Part shown: one piece after another, positions 45,066-55,000 of the stretch
How positions within the stretch are numbered: the first letter of the stretch is position 1
How the letters are laid out: every line of letters begins with the position of its first letter
Source: a virus
Lineage: Duplodnaviria; Caudoviricetes
Virus record (IMG/VR): IMGVR_UViG_3300035208_003115
Reading direction: 5' to 3' (one strand)
DNA: 64,000 nucleotides
The notes under the pieces: generated by a model
The model's input: the letters and a program-made list of their open reading frames with translations, nothing else
Database searches by the model: none
Told to the model about the DNA's origin: nothing
Translations under genes and position numbers: made by a program

Positions 45066-46898
45066 TTAACTCGAGTATTTTTTGTATTTGAGTGAATAGG
45101 ATCGGACAGACGGCGTGAGGAGCTTATTCGGGTCGATACTGCGCATGAATATCCGCAGATTAATTATAGCATTATCGAATCTCTCTGTCTCGACGACATA
45201 TGACTCTATTACTGGCTCATAGCTAACTGTAAAGTTAGATGTTCTTACCGTAGGCCAGCCAAGATTATCGCCTATAATCTGAACCGTTACCTTCTTTGTT
45301 GTAGGGTCCTGGACCAGATTATAGTGAGTCGTTTCGGTTAGTAGGCTTGAGTTCATTTTTACAACTATACTCGTAAGGTCGTCAACGCCAAACCTTGTGG
45401 TTGCAACCCAGTAAGGAGTAGAGTACGAACAGTCTAGAATCTCTGAATCTACACTTTCTCCTGCTGGAAGAATTGGTTGAGGAATAAGGGTTTCAGATGT
45501 CCCATCTGTATCCGAAAGAGATATAAGAACATCATACTCAATAGGAGTTAGCTCGGTAGAAGTCTGATTAGTTTCCAGTCCAATTGCTCCTAGTTTTTCA
45601 ACCGCCAGAGGATCCGAAACATAGATGCCGTTACTCTTATATTGAAGCTGGGATAACTCTAGCGTTTTGATCCCGTAGAGATACTCATATGTATCGACTA
45701 TCTCCGATTCACTGAGAAGGCTCTTATTAATTCCAAGTGCTCTTTTCATGTTGGTAGACATGGCAAAGTAGACACTATCGGGAGTTCCTACGGAGCTATC
45801 AATGTCGAGTTCTTGGCCGGTAGACAAATCAAAGAGCCTAGTAATTGTGTCGTTGGATGAATTTGTCATATATCTTAAGAGAGAGAAGTTGTCCTGCTCT
45901 ATCCCGAACTTAAGTTGTTCTGCATATATCGTTGAGAACTCAATTAGGGTCTTAGAGGTTAGCAAAATAGGATAGGTAAGCGAATCAATCGAAGTAAAGT
46001 CAGAGGTCGATAGTTTATTTTTCTTATAAGAGATGTTTGTAATCTTATAGGGATGTCTGGCGAATGGATCAATTATGATTCTAGATAGTTGTTGAACTCC
46101 CAGAAGAGTAACAATTAAGTCCGTGGTTGCCGGAGTAACAGGAACGGCTCCGTTAACATCAACAGTCTCCGCCCAGTATGTGGTTTTGTCGTTGTCTATG
46201 AGCTTCCCGAGAGCGTATGGAGCTTCTTCTTCGAGATAAATCCCACTACTAAGAGTCGTGATTCCTGGAGGAACTTGGTTCTGAATTTCAGCTGAGTCGA
46301 GACGATAGGCGATAGCCTTGTCAACCGGAAGATGGAGGGCTTCGTTTTCAACGACGGCGTCATATTCTTCCGATAGATAACCCGGGCCATCCACAATGAA
46401 GGGCTCATTATTTAGGGTCTGGTATCTCTCGAGTCGATTTGTATTATCTTCCTCAAAAGAATTAAATGATGAGGAGACATACCCATCCGTATTTGCGGAT
46501 AGGATCTCAAGAACATCTATCTTGCGTTCCATCCGACCTATTGCGGCGATAATAGACGAGAGATTGGCTTCGGTAATCTGGTTATGGTCAGAAGCTAATT
46601 GCCCAAGGAGAGCTGCCTCGGTATACAACGACTTGAGATCTCCTATTGCTTTAGACTCCATATCATTAAAGTTAGCAGAGCTGGTAAGGCCATTTTGGAT
46701 GGCCTTCTTCAACTTAAATGATGGGGTTCCAATTGTTGTTTCTAAGGATTGGAGGCCGGTCGCAAGGCGAGCTTCGTATTCTCCTAGTGTTGAAAGTTCA
46801 CCTGTGTTTATATCCCCGAACAGAGTATTAAGTAATCTCTGTCTTTGGCTAGACGGGATAGAGCTGAGATAAGTATTGAGATAAGACCAGGAGGGCAT
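45066..46898 (-). CDS. Baseplate/tail structural protein (paralog 3)
   Basis: DL.SLY.EA, LSRIIIDP, YGIKTLEL, LTPSVRSYSLK. Confidence 0.75.
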   Translation of the reverse strand: MPSWSYLNTYLSSIPSSQRQRLLNTLFGDINTGELSTLGEYEARLATGLQSLETTIGTPSFKLKKAIQNGLTSSANFNDMESKAIGDLKSLYTEAALLGQLASDHNQITEANLSSIIAAIGRMERKIDVLEILSANTDGYVSSSFNSFEEDNTNRLERYQTLNNEPFIVDGPGYLSEEYDAVVENEALHLPVDKAIAYRLDSAEIQNQVPPGITTLSSGIYLEEEAPYALGKLIDNDKTTYWAETVDVNGAVPVTPATTDLIVTLLGVQQLSRIIIDPFARHPYKITNISYKKNKLSTSDFTSIDSLTYPILLTSKTLIEFSTIYAEQLKFGIEQDNFSLLRYMTNSSNDTITRLFDLSTGQELDIDSSVGTPDSVYFAMSTNMKRALGINKSLLSESEIVDTYEYLYGIKTLELSQLQYKSNGIYVSDPLAVEKLGAIGLETNQTSTELTPIEYDVLISLSDTDGTSETLIPQPILPAGESVDSEILDCSYSTPYWVATTRFGVDDLTSIVVKMNSSLLTETTHYNLVQDPTTKKVTVQIIGDNLGWPTVRTSNFTVSYEPVIESYVVETERFDNAIINLRIFMRSIDPNKLLTPSVRSYSLKYKKYSS

Positions 46899-48922
46899 TA
46901 GAAGTAATTCCTATCTAGCGGAGGGTGAGCCGATACGACTTCGCCATTGTCATCTAGGATCGTGTCCACTATCTGTCCCGTTGTGTGGTCGTAGAACCTG
47001 ACAATAGGCATCACCCCTGCTGCTATATGCTTTTTACAAGTAGTAACTAAGTCTCTCATCGTAGACTGAATTGTCTCCGGAGTTTTTGTAGTCAAAGATG
47101 TCAGCTTCTCTATTGGTAACTGGATAATGACAACGGAGTTTCCGGGGAAAGTTGCCCCATCCCAGTTTCTGAACCTATACATTCCGTAGGTGTTTGCCTC
47201 GATTAGGTCCACACTATCTTGTGGTAGAGGGTTAATTAGTCCGCCCCCAAGGATTCTAGTATCAACTAAATTCTCGTCCGTTATATCTCTTATGGATGAA
47301 GAGGGAGAAAGGAATATCCTCGCGAGTTCCACAAACTTTGTCTGGTCATCACCCTCTTGAGGCAGATTGTTAGCCTTATATGCTTGATAGAACGCATCAA
47401 TTGTTGTTCCCGTTACGGATAAACCATTGGAGCTATCTACGATATTTTCGTCTGCATCAAATCGAATCCACTCAACTGTGCTAGGTAGAGTAAATGAAAG
47501 GTCTTCTAATGAGGAACCAACAATACCGGGGTACCCATAAGCCTTGGCTGGTTTGAGATATATCGAGATGCCACCACCCAAGATTGCTTTATTGGCTAGA
47601 GGGTTGAAGTTAATCTTGTTAAAGGTATATTCTTCTTCGATATAGTAGTAGCAGGCAACGATTTCATCAGTAGTATAAATCGCGTTATCCTTCTCGTTGA
47701 AGGCACTTCCATCGGGCATCGTTCCCTTTAATCCCGCGATTCTTACTAGCCCACTATTTCTATCGATGTCTTCGATATCTAGTTCTTGCCATCCAATTGA
47801 GGCCCAGTCTGGTGCCGTTTGAGAAAGAGCGGTAGTGGCCACTGCTGTGCTCGTATTAAGGCCCGCACTATTGATAATGGCGTTGACATCATTCGAAGTT
47901 GTGGACGGGTCGTGGATAGTTCTGTCTATACTCCGACGAATGTATATGCGTATATTTCTAAGCTCATCCGTGTCGTTAAACTTAGCGAGTGGTGTCTGCT
48001 TAAGTCTCAGCATATCGTTATCTATAAAAGTGGGCTTCTCAAGGGCCTGAAGTTTATATGGATATAGGGGCTTCCAGCTCTGGGAAGAATACTCGGGCAG
48101 AAAATATTCATAAACGTTGCCGTCTTGTATTCTTTTAAAGTATCCATTTGTAATCTGAACATACCAGGGATCAGTTTGTGAAGTTACCTGGACGGGATGT
48201 TTAACATAAATTTTGGTGGTTCCGATGTTCTTGATACTATATTCAATCCCGCTATCGGGTACGACAATAAGCCAGCGGTTATCGCCTCCTGGATTGGCGA
48301 CCAGGGTATACTCGTTGTCGTCTAGTATCTCTGTGTCTACTTTCGTATAGAGAGGTTCTACGGATAGGAGCCGTCTAACTTCATCTCGATTGCTCATATA
48401 GACTAACGTATAGGTCTCGTCTAGAGTATTAATAAGGTCGGTATATAGGGAGACAGGACTTACTGTTGAGTCAAACTTATAGTGATCATCCGGAACCAAG
48501 TCTCCGTTTTTATCATAGATTCTAATATTATAGGCCCCGCTAGGAGGCTTATCGGGAATGTAATCAGTTCCGAATCTATGGATATACCATAATGGTCTTA
48601 TGGGAATAGTCGGGTTAAGAGCTACTAGGGTATTCCCGTCGTTAGGAGTTGCATTACCATACTCGCTAGTAATTAGAAAATTATATGAGTCATTAATAAT
48701 GTTCCCCGTTCCCGCAGGATAGCTGATAATAGAGTTAGCGAAAAGAACACCGTTCTCAGGGAATCCACTGTAGGATCGATCAATAATCCGAAGATTACCA
48801 GCATCTCCCGATGGGTCCAACTCGGGCACATTGACATAGGCGAGGTTAGCCCCTTGAAGAGTTCCTAGCGGATACTCTTTTGGAACTGACCTCGAATATC
48901 TAAAATAGAAGTTACCGTTCAT
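46898..48922 (-). CDS. Virion structural (baseplate-region) protein
   Basis: PWY.QI.NG.F, NFNP, DTRILGGGL, WDG..FPGN, KKH.AAG; operon context. Confidence 0.7.
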   Translation of the reverse strand: MNGNFYFRYSRSVPKEYPLGTLQGANLAYVNVPELDPSGDAGNLRIIDRSYSGFPENGVLFANSIISYPAGTGNIINDSYNFLITSEYGNATPNDGNTLVALNPTIPIRPLWYIHRFGTDYIPDKPPSGAYNIRIYDKNGDLVPDDHYKFDSTVSPVSLYTDLINTLDETYTLVYMSNRDEVRRLLSVEPLYTKVDTEILDDNEYTLVANPGGDNRWLIVVPDSGIEYSIKNIGTTKIYVKHPVQVTSQTDPWYVQITNGYFKRIQDGNVYEYFLPEYSSQSWKPLYPYKLQALEKPTFIDNDMLRLKQTPLAKFNDTDELRNIRIYIRRSIDRTIHDPSTTSNDVNAIINSAGLNTSTAVATTALSQTAPDWASIGWQELDIEDIDRNSGLVRIAGLKGTMPDGSAFNEKDNAIYTTDEIVACYYYIEEEYTFNKINFNPLANKAILGGGISIYLKPAKAYGYPGIVGSSLEDLSFTLPSTVEWIRFDADENIVDSSNGLSVTGTTIDAFYQAYKANNLPQEGDDQTKFVELARIFLSPSSSIRDITDENLVDTRILGGGLINPLPQDSVDLIEANTYGMYRFRNWDGATFPGNSVVIIQLPIEKLTSLTTKTPETIQSTMRDLVTTCKKHIAAGVMPIVRFYDHTTGQIVDTILDDNGEVVSAHPPLDRNYF

Positions 48923-48925
48923 TGT

Positions 48926-50653
48926 TTACCAATCCCGTCTCCATGCTAGCCATCTTGTGTCTACTCCCCCGGGGTTTGGGAGATAGGAGTATCCAACCCA
49001 AGATATTTCAACACGACCGGGGTCTCCATTTCCTGGCCATGTTTGGACACTAGCAGAAGGAAAACCATACCATATTTTCCCATCCGCACCGCAACCACCC
49101 GTTCCATAACCGTTGTTGGAAACTGCAGCGCCACCCGAGTACCAGCCATCTCCTACTCTCGGCTTAGTGCTATGGCTCCTAATTACGAACGAACCACCAC
49201 TTCCGGGAGAGACATATATAGAGTTGCCCTCGGCATAATATACCCCAGTGTTAGATGCTGACGATACTACCGTAAGATTTGTTTGCCCCAATAGATTCGG
49301 AGTAAGGGATGTTGACCCAACTACTGGGGGCCGAGTGTATGACCCAGTTGAAGAGTATTCGGCAGATATACCCGGGGCCAGGCGCCCTGATCCACCGATC
49401 CCGCCCTGTCCTCCGTTGCATCTCGCCAGTTCATACTCGACGCTCGTTTTAGAATTATAGTATCTAATCCATGATGCTCCACCACTTATTGAAGAAACAG
49501 GGAGAACAGCTGATCCTTGATCTGCTCCAAGTGCCCAGTTATATACGCTACTATGATAGGGGTATCCATTGGCTCCAGTATAAATTATGAACCTATCACC
49601 AGCGTTAAATCCACTGATGGTAAAGGTGAGATACCCTCCCGGAGCTCCACCTGTTCCAGTAGACAAGCCAGTACCACTAAACGTGGCATTGTCTTTATTG
49701 CTATCCCAGATGGAAACAGCTCTGCCACCGCCGCCTCCACCACCCCAGAGTTTGAAGGTTAGGGAGTCAATGTTCGCGCCATTCGGAACCGTAAAGGTTC
49801 TAGTCTGAGCTGATGCAGAGAAAATTAATGGGGAGAATCTATTCGGATATGTTAGTTTTTGAACCAACACATTCTGTAAGAGATTCTCATATTCATTAAG
49901 TCTTTCTAGCCTTTCGTCTATTGTTAGTGGCCATATGCCACTTGTGTCCGGATAGACTGTTGTATCGGGAACAACGGGGATTCCGTGAGAGTCATAGCTA
50001 TAAACCAAGGGAGAGGGAATAACCCAACCCGATACCACGGCATAGGAGGAATAGTCATCAACCCCGATTACATTATTCATCGGGGGATAGCCACCCAGTT
50101 GACCCGAGACGATGGGGCTTATTGTGCTCCCCTGATTAATCGCCGTTATAGGATTGTAGGCAATAAGTCGAGGGCTACTAGGGCCCGACGCCGTATAAAT
50201 CCCCACTCTCTTATTCTCGATGAATACAGAAATCTCGTCTGTGATACTTTTTGTAAGAGAAACCCCGAAGGTTGTTGCTCCTTGGTTCCAGTAGCATGGA
50301 TCTGCCGGGAACGCCATATCTCCTATGGCATTTTCTAAGAGATTTATGCCATCAGAAATTCCAGAAGGAACGGAGTCTGGGTATCCGGATAGTGGGGCGA
50401 TATAGCTCGGGTTACAATAGGTTTCAATATCTCCGAGCCAACTAGCTAGGGTTTTTGTCCCACTAGTGATTGCTTCATTGTAGTTGAAACTTTCTAAGTC
50501 TCCCAATATCCGAGCGGTAATATCTATGCTTCTCCCAGCTTGGCTGAAGAGAACATCGAACGACTCGTGAGGGATAGGATAAGCCTTGCTGAATTCGGTT
50601 GTGATATAACCGATTCCTACGAGACTACTATTTTGGAAGACGTTATAACTCAT
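48926..50653 (-). CDS. Tail protein with glycine-rich domain
   Basis: FTVP...LWGGGGGGG...GGAPGGY...YGTGG.G...G.PGRVEI; SG-rich N-half. Confidence 0.75.
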   Translation of the reverse strand: MSYNVFQNSSLVGIGYITTEFSKAYPIPHESFDVLFSQAGRSIDITARILGDLESFNYNEAITSGTKTLASWLGDIETYCNPSYIAPLSGYPDSVPSGISDGINLLENAIGDMAFPADPCYWNQGATTFGVSLTKSITDEISVFIENKRVGIYTASGPSSPRLIAYNPITAINQGSTISPIVSGQLGGYPPMNNVIGVDDYSSYAVVSGWVIPSPLVYSYDSHGIPVVPDTTVYPDTSGIWPLTIDERLERLNEYENLLQNVLVQKLTYPNRFSPLIFSASAQTRTFTVPNGANIDSLTFKLWGGGGGGGRAVSIWDSNKDNATFSGTGLSTGTGGAPGGYLTFTISGFNAGDRFIIYTGANGYPYHSSVYNWALGADQGSAVLPVSSISGGASWIRYYNSKTSVEYELARCNGGQGGIGGSGRLAPGISAEYSSTGSYTRPPVVGSTSLTPNLLGQTNLTVVSSASNTGVYYAEGNSIYVSPGSGGSFVIRSHSTKPRVGDGWYSGGAAVSNNGYGTGGCGADGKIWYGFPSASVQTWPGNGDPGRVEISWVGYSYLPNPGGVDTRWLAWRRDW

Positions 50654-50654
50654 G

Positions 50655-52034
50655 TTATGTTAGCGTCACATTCTGGGTTGTTAGGTCATTAATCGCATCT
50701 GCTAGGAGATTCATATTCGCTTCAGCTTGCTGGAGACGAACATCAATAGCCAATGGAGCTGGTGTTCCATAGTAGCTTGAACCGATTACATTGGTCATCA
50801 TTGATGGCCATAGATTGATCATGCTGTTGACCATGAAGTCTTCTGCTCTCATGAGTCTCATCGGGATTGCAACCGGGATCATAATTGTGAAATAGTCACT
50901 AGCTGAAATAGATCCCTGGTCTTCACTCGCAATATAAACCGTTGGTAAACTTCCATGACCGCTAGCCTCAAAGCAAGCAAAGACCTGGACACCATCAGAC
51001 CTCATTAAAGGAATGCCGGCGTTGGTGTAGACCCTGGCTCTTAAGATATTAGGAGATGAGATTTCTTGGGCTATATCCGTAGCGTTTTTAGCGTAACAAG
51101 TTGTATCTGTTCCTTGAACCGGGGGGATTATTGCTCCCCGGGATAGGAACTCAATTATGTTCGTTGGTGAGGGCGAACAAGATGAGGCAATCCAAGTAGA
51201 TGTATTCCAGGCTTGGGACAAACCCACAGATACGTCAGTTCCTTTCCATGCCGGGTTAGGAACAACTCCATCTCCCTTGCGGATAACAACTTTCCAATTA
51301 GCATAGAAATATTTATTTTCTAGGAAAGTTATTTCCTCTGTTACCGACTTAGGGGCGGTATATGTTTCTAATGTTCCGCTTGTGTCAGCAATGAAACCCA
51401 GAGTTCTAGATGGATACGCGAGAGACCCAATATTAACCAGGGCCTGCATCAGCGACCCAATAACTGTTTGGTTAGGAGCAAGTATTACCATCTGGTAATC
51501 TGGGTTAGAGATATCACTACCGAATAATGCCTCGTTTGTGCCAGGCGTAAAATATAGACTTGTAATGTCTTGCCCCGCAGTGGTTCCAGCCGGAGGGGTG
51601 AAGCTTCCTTCATATGCCCGGACAATAACTTCTTGAGAAATGCTAAAGGCAGCCAGAGCTATATTTATTACCTTGTCCGTAAAAACAACGTTCTCTCCGC
51701 CCAGAAGATAAGTCGAGGAATTCATACTGAGAAGATATTTTCCTCCGTCATACGATCCGACAGTTACCTCGAGCTTATTAAGAAGCTTATTCCCGGTATC
51801 AAAGATTGCGGGTGTCGCAGGTATAATCGATCCAGGGTCAGATAGGAGACCGGCATTGCCAAGGACGGCGGCAATATTACAGATATTCCGTAGGAATGTA
51901 TTCCCGGTGGCCCTTAAGATTTGGTCAGAGGCCTGCTCAAACTTATTTGCGATAGTATTGAGCTTGCCTGCTGTTGGCATTTCACCTTCGATAAACACCG
52001 GCTTATCAAAGTTTATATCGATTTTGTCGTCCAT
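50655..52034 (-). CDS. Virion structural protein
   Basis: F.EGE.PTA.KLN N-terminal motif; operon context. Confidence 0.65.
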   Translation of the reverse strand: MDDKIDINFDKPVFIEGEMPTAGKLNTIANKFEQASDQILRATGNTFLRNICNIAAVLGNAGLLSDPGSIIPATPAIFDTGNKLLNKLEVTVGSYDGGKYLLSMNSSTYLLGGENVVFTDKVINIALAAFSISQEVIVRAYEGSFTPPAGTTAGQDITSLYFTPGTNEALFGSDISNPDYQMVILAPNQTVIGSLMQALVNIGSLAYPSRTLGFIADTSGTLETYTAPKSVTEEITFLENKYFYANWKVVIRKGDGVVPNPAWKGTDVSVGLSQAWNTSTWIASSCSPSPTNIIEFLSRGAIIPPVQGTDTTCYAKNATDIAQEISSPNILRARVYTNAGIPLMRSDGVQVFACFEASGHGSLPTVYIASEDQGSISASDYFTIMIPVAIPMRLMRAEDFMVNSMINLWPSMMTNVIGSSYYGTPAPLAIDVRLQQAEANMNLLADAINDLTTQNVTLT

Positions 52035-52035
52035 G

Positions 52036-55000
52036 TTATAATCCTGTCCATCTTAGATAAGAGAAGTAATCAATGAATTTCTCGTCGAGTCGGAGGGCAC
52101 CCTGCTGAAGAGGGTCTAGGCCTATATTAATTGTAGCACGCTTTTCTGGAATAGGAACGTCTTCGTACCATCCAGATGCGATTACTTCTACGTCTCCCGG
52201 CGTGATTACCCGAAGATTATCCTGAGTATGATGATCTAAATCTGCATTGAAGTATAGATACGTTCCAGAGGGAGTAGGGAGTGACCCTACCGGATGAGTT
52301 GGGGCATAAGTATCAAATGTAGTTCTAAGTCCTGCGGCATAATTAAGCATAGTCAGGTTAGAAGCAACAACAACTAACTTACCGAAGTCAGTCGGACTGT
52401 CATACTCGTCTACTTCATATGCCAAAAAGTTAGCGTGTCCCGAGTGAGCGGCGATGGGCCATACTGATGTCCCGTCAACTTTGAGTGAAGTGATGTCGAT
52501 ATTATGCGCGCTATCGCTAATCCCATCACCCAGATCAGAGAAATATCCCTGGCCTCCTATCGCCGTTCTAAAGTATCCATCATCTGAGCTATAGACCCAT
52601 CCAGAAGCGAGAGGTAGGGCTACATTATAGGAATCAGATGGACTCATAAATAGAATCTTAACTTCGTAGTCTCCGTATCCCGAAATATCCGGGTTAACAG
52701 AGTATAACAGCATGTCATCGAAAGATGTTCCAAGAGTTTTATTAGGGAAGAATGCAGACATAGCCCCAGACAAGGTCATCGCCCAACCCGTTAAAGAGTG
52801 TGATTCCCATGCCGGGCCGGTTGAAACTACCCATCCTCCGCCGATTGGGCGAATTGCGTTGTTAAATACAATTGCTTCTTGGTATGCCGTCGGTCCCCAG
52901 GGGGCATTTGCGTGTTGAGCCCAGTCGGTTCCGTCAAATGACCAAACCTCAGATGAACCGATAAGACCAGAGGAATCAATCTTATTAACTCCGCCTATTA
53001 CCCATAGCCTGTCTCTGTATACGACAGTAGCGAATCCAACCGACATGTCAAATGGTAATGTTCCCCAGCTTGTCCAGCTAATGCCGTCGTCTGAGTACCA
53101 CATATCATGGAGAGGAGCGCTGACACTTGCCATAGGATCTGCGGTATATGGGGCAAACGGAATAGCACTTTGATTTCCTGCGATAACCCATATCTTGTTC
53201 TGGAATGCAGTTATCCCACCCTGGACACGTGGACCCCATGGGCAAACGGATGCCGTCCAGTTTGTCCCATCTGTTGTCCTCCAAACGGCCGACTGGTTAC
53301 AGCCTCCTAGATCAAACAGTGTTTCGTTGGGTTCTCCTGGATGAAGAACAACCATACTGTTATAGGCAAGACCTGCATCAAAATATCCCTGGGGGCCATA
53401 GCCGACTGAGTTATCTTCGTTAATCCCCGCCCAGGTTCTCGACCACCTGCTACCATCTAGAGTTCTCCAGAGACCCGCCCAGGTCCTGGCATAAGTATAC
53501 CCCTTGAAACTGGCCGTTTGCTGATTGCTTCCATAGCGTTTCATCATGACTAGAGGGTGGCCATCATTAATATTAAATGGGGTTGCAGAGGAAGCAGAAT
53601 CTATATAGACCGGAAGTTCTGATATCCAGTTAGTCCCGTCTAAGGTTGAAGCCCTTCGGATATAGAGACTTGTTCTATCTGCTGCATTGACGATTTGTTC
53701 AACGGCCCAAAGTTTAGGAGTAGTTCCTGCCTTTGTTACATAGTAACCGACTTCATCTCCCCAGTAGAAGTCTACGATGGGGGCCGGGCGAGGAATCGAA
53801 TATGAATCCCAGTCTGTGGCATGGAAATCAAAAGCCCAATTTATACCTATCCCAGACGGATTAGCATAGAAATCACTAGGCCCCGAGATATATCCTGAAG
53901 CACTTATAACGTCAAGATCAATGGGGCTAGAATATGTTGCAATGGCCGTTCCATCAAACTGAGTTAAAACGGGAGTTCCATTTGGAGAAACTGTTCCTTC
54001 GTTTCCTGCTGCTAAGCGGAAATATATCTCTGCTCCTATGACAGGAAGACCATCTTCGTCTAGTAGTGTTCCCAAAAGTAGGGACTGGGAACCCCCAATC
54101 GGGAGGGTATTCGGGATTGCTTCTAACGAGAAGCTGTCATCATTTAGGACTTGCTTTTTATCGCTGATCCAAATGAATCCGTCATAACCCATTCCATGTA
54201 GGGGGTTGAAGTCCCACGGAAGTCTATGCCACTCTGATGCTGGAGTGCCTTCATATCTGATCGTAAGGCCTGAGTGGTCATGATTAATGGTAACAAGACC
54301 GCTCGTGTCAACGGTAAACTCAAATTGAGGGCTTGTGTCTAGGTCTGCAACATGTAGCCACTCAACTCCGGACGGAGCGACTACTCCATCTTGATCATAG
54401 AGAAAGTATGGGCTACTGAATGTTGGGTTTAGAAGCTGATATGAAACTTCACCAGAAGGAATTGTTTCGACTATCTCAGTAGAAAATAGATAATCTCTAT
54501 CGTCGTGAATATAGAAATTACCAGTGTGGATATCAGGTGACCATATATCCCCTGAGACAGGAACGATTCTAACAAGCAAGTCTTGAGAGTTGGGGTCAGA
54601 GACTCCGGACTGATAATAGATCCTGTCCACTCCCGAAGTCACTGAAGAGTAGAAGTCAGGAACTACATTTGTATTATTCGCGCCACCGTCAAATGGAGCT
54701 AAGTCCCAAATGAATGCAGAGGGGTCAGTTTCCCCAGAACCCCACAGAATGGGGAACGTTTCTAGTATCTCTCGAGTATAATCTACAAATCTTTCTGAGG
54801 CGATATTAGAACTTGGATCTACAACCGAACTATAGAAGGTCGGATCAAACAAAGGATTAATTTTAGCTATACCCGAAACAGTAGATGGATACTCTCCAGA
54901 AACATATATAGGATATCCGTCGTAGAACTCTCCATCATCGAATAGATTAGTTGGATATCCACTCTGGGGAAGCCATCCATAATAGTCGAGGGATGTTTCT

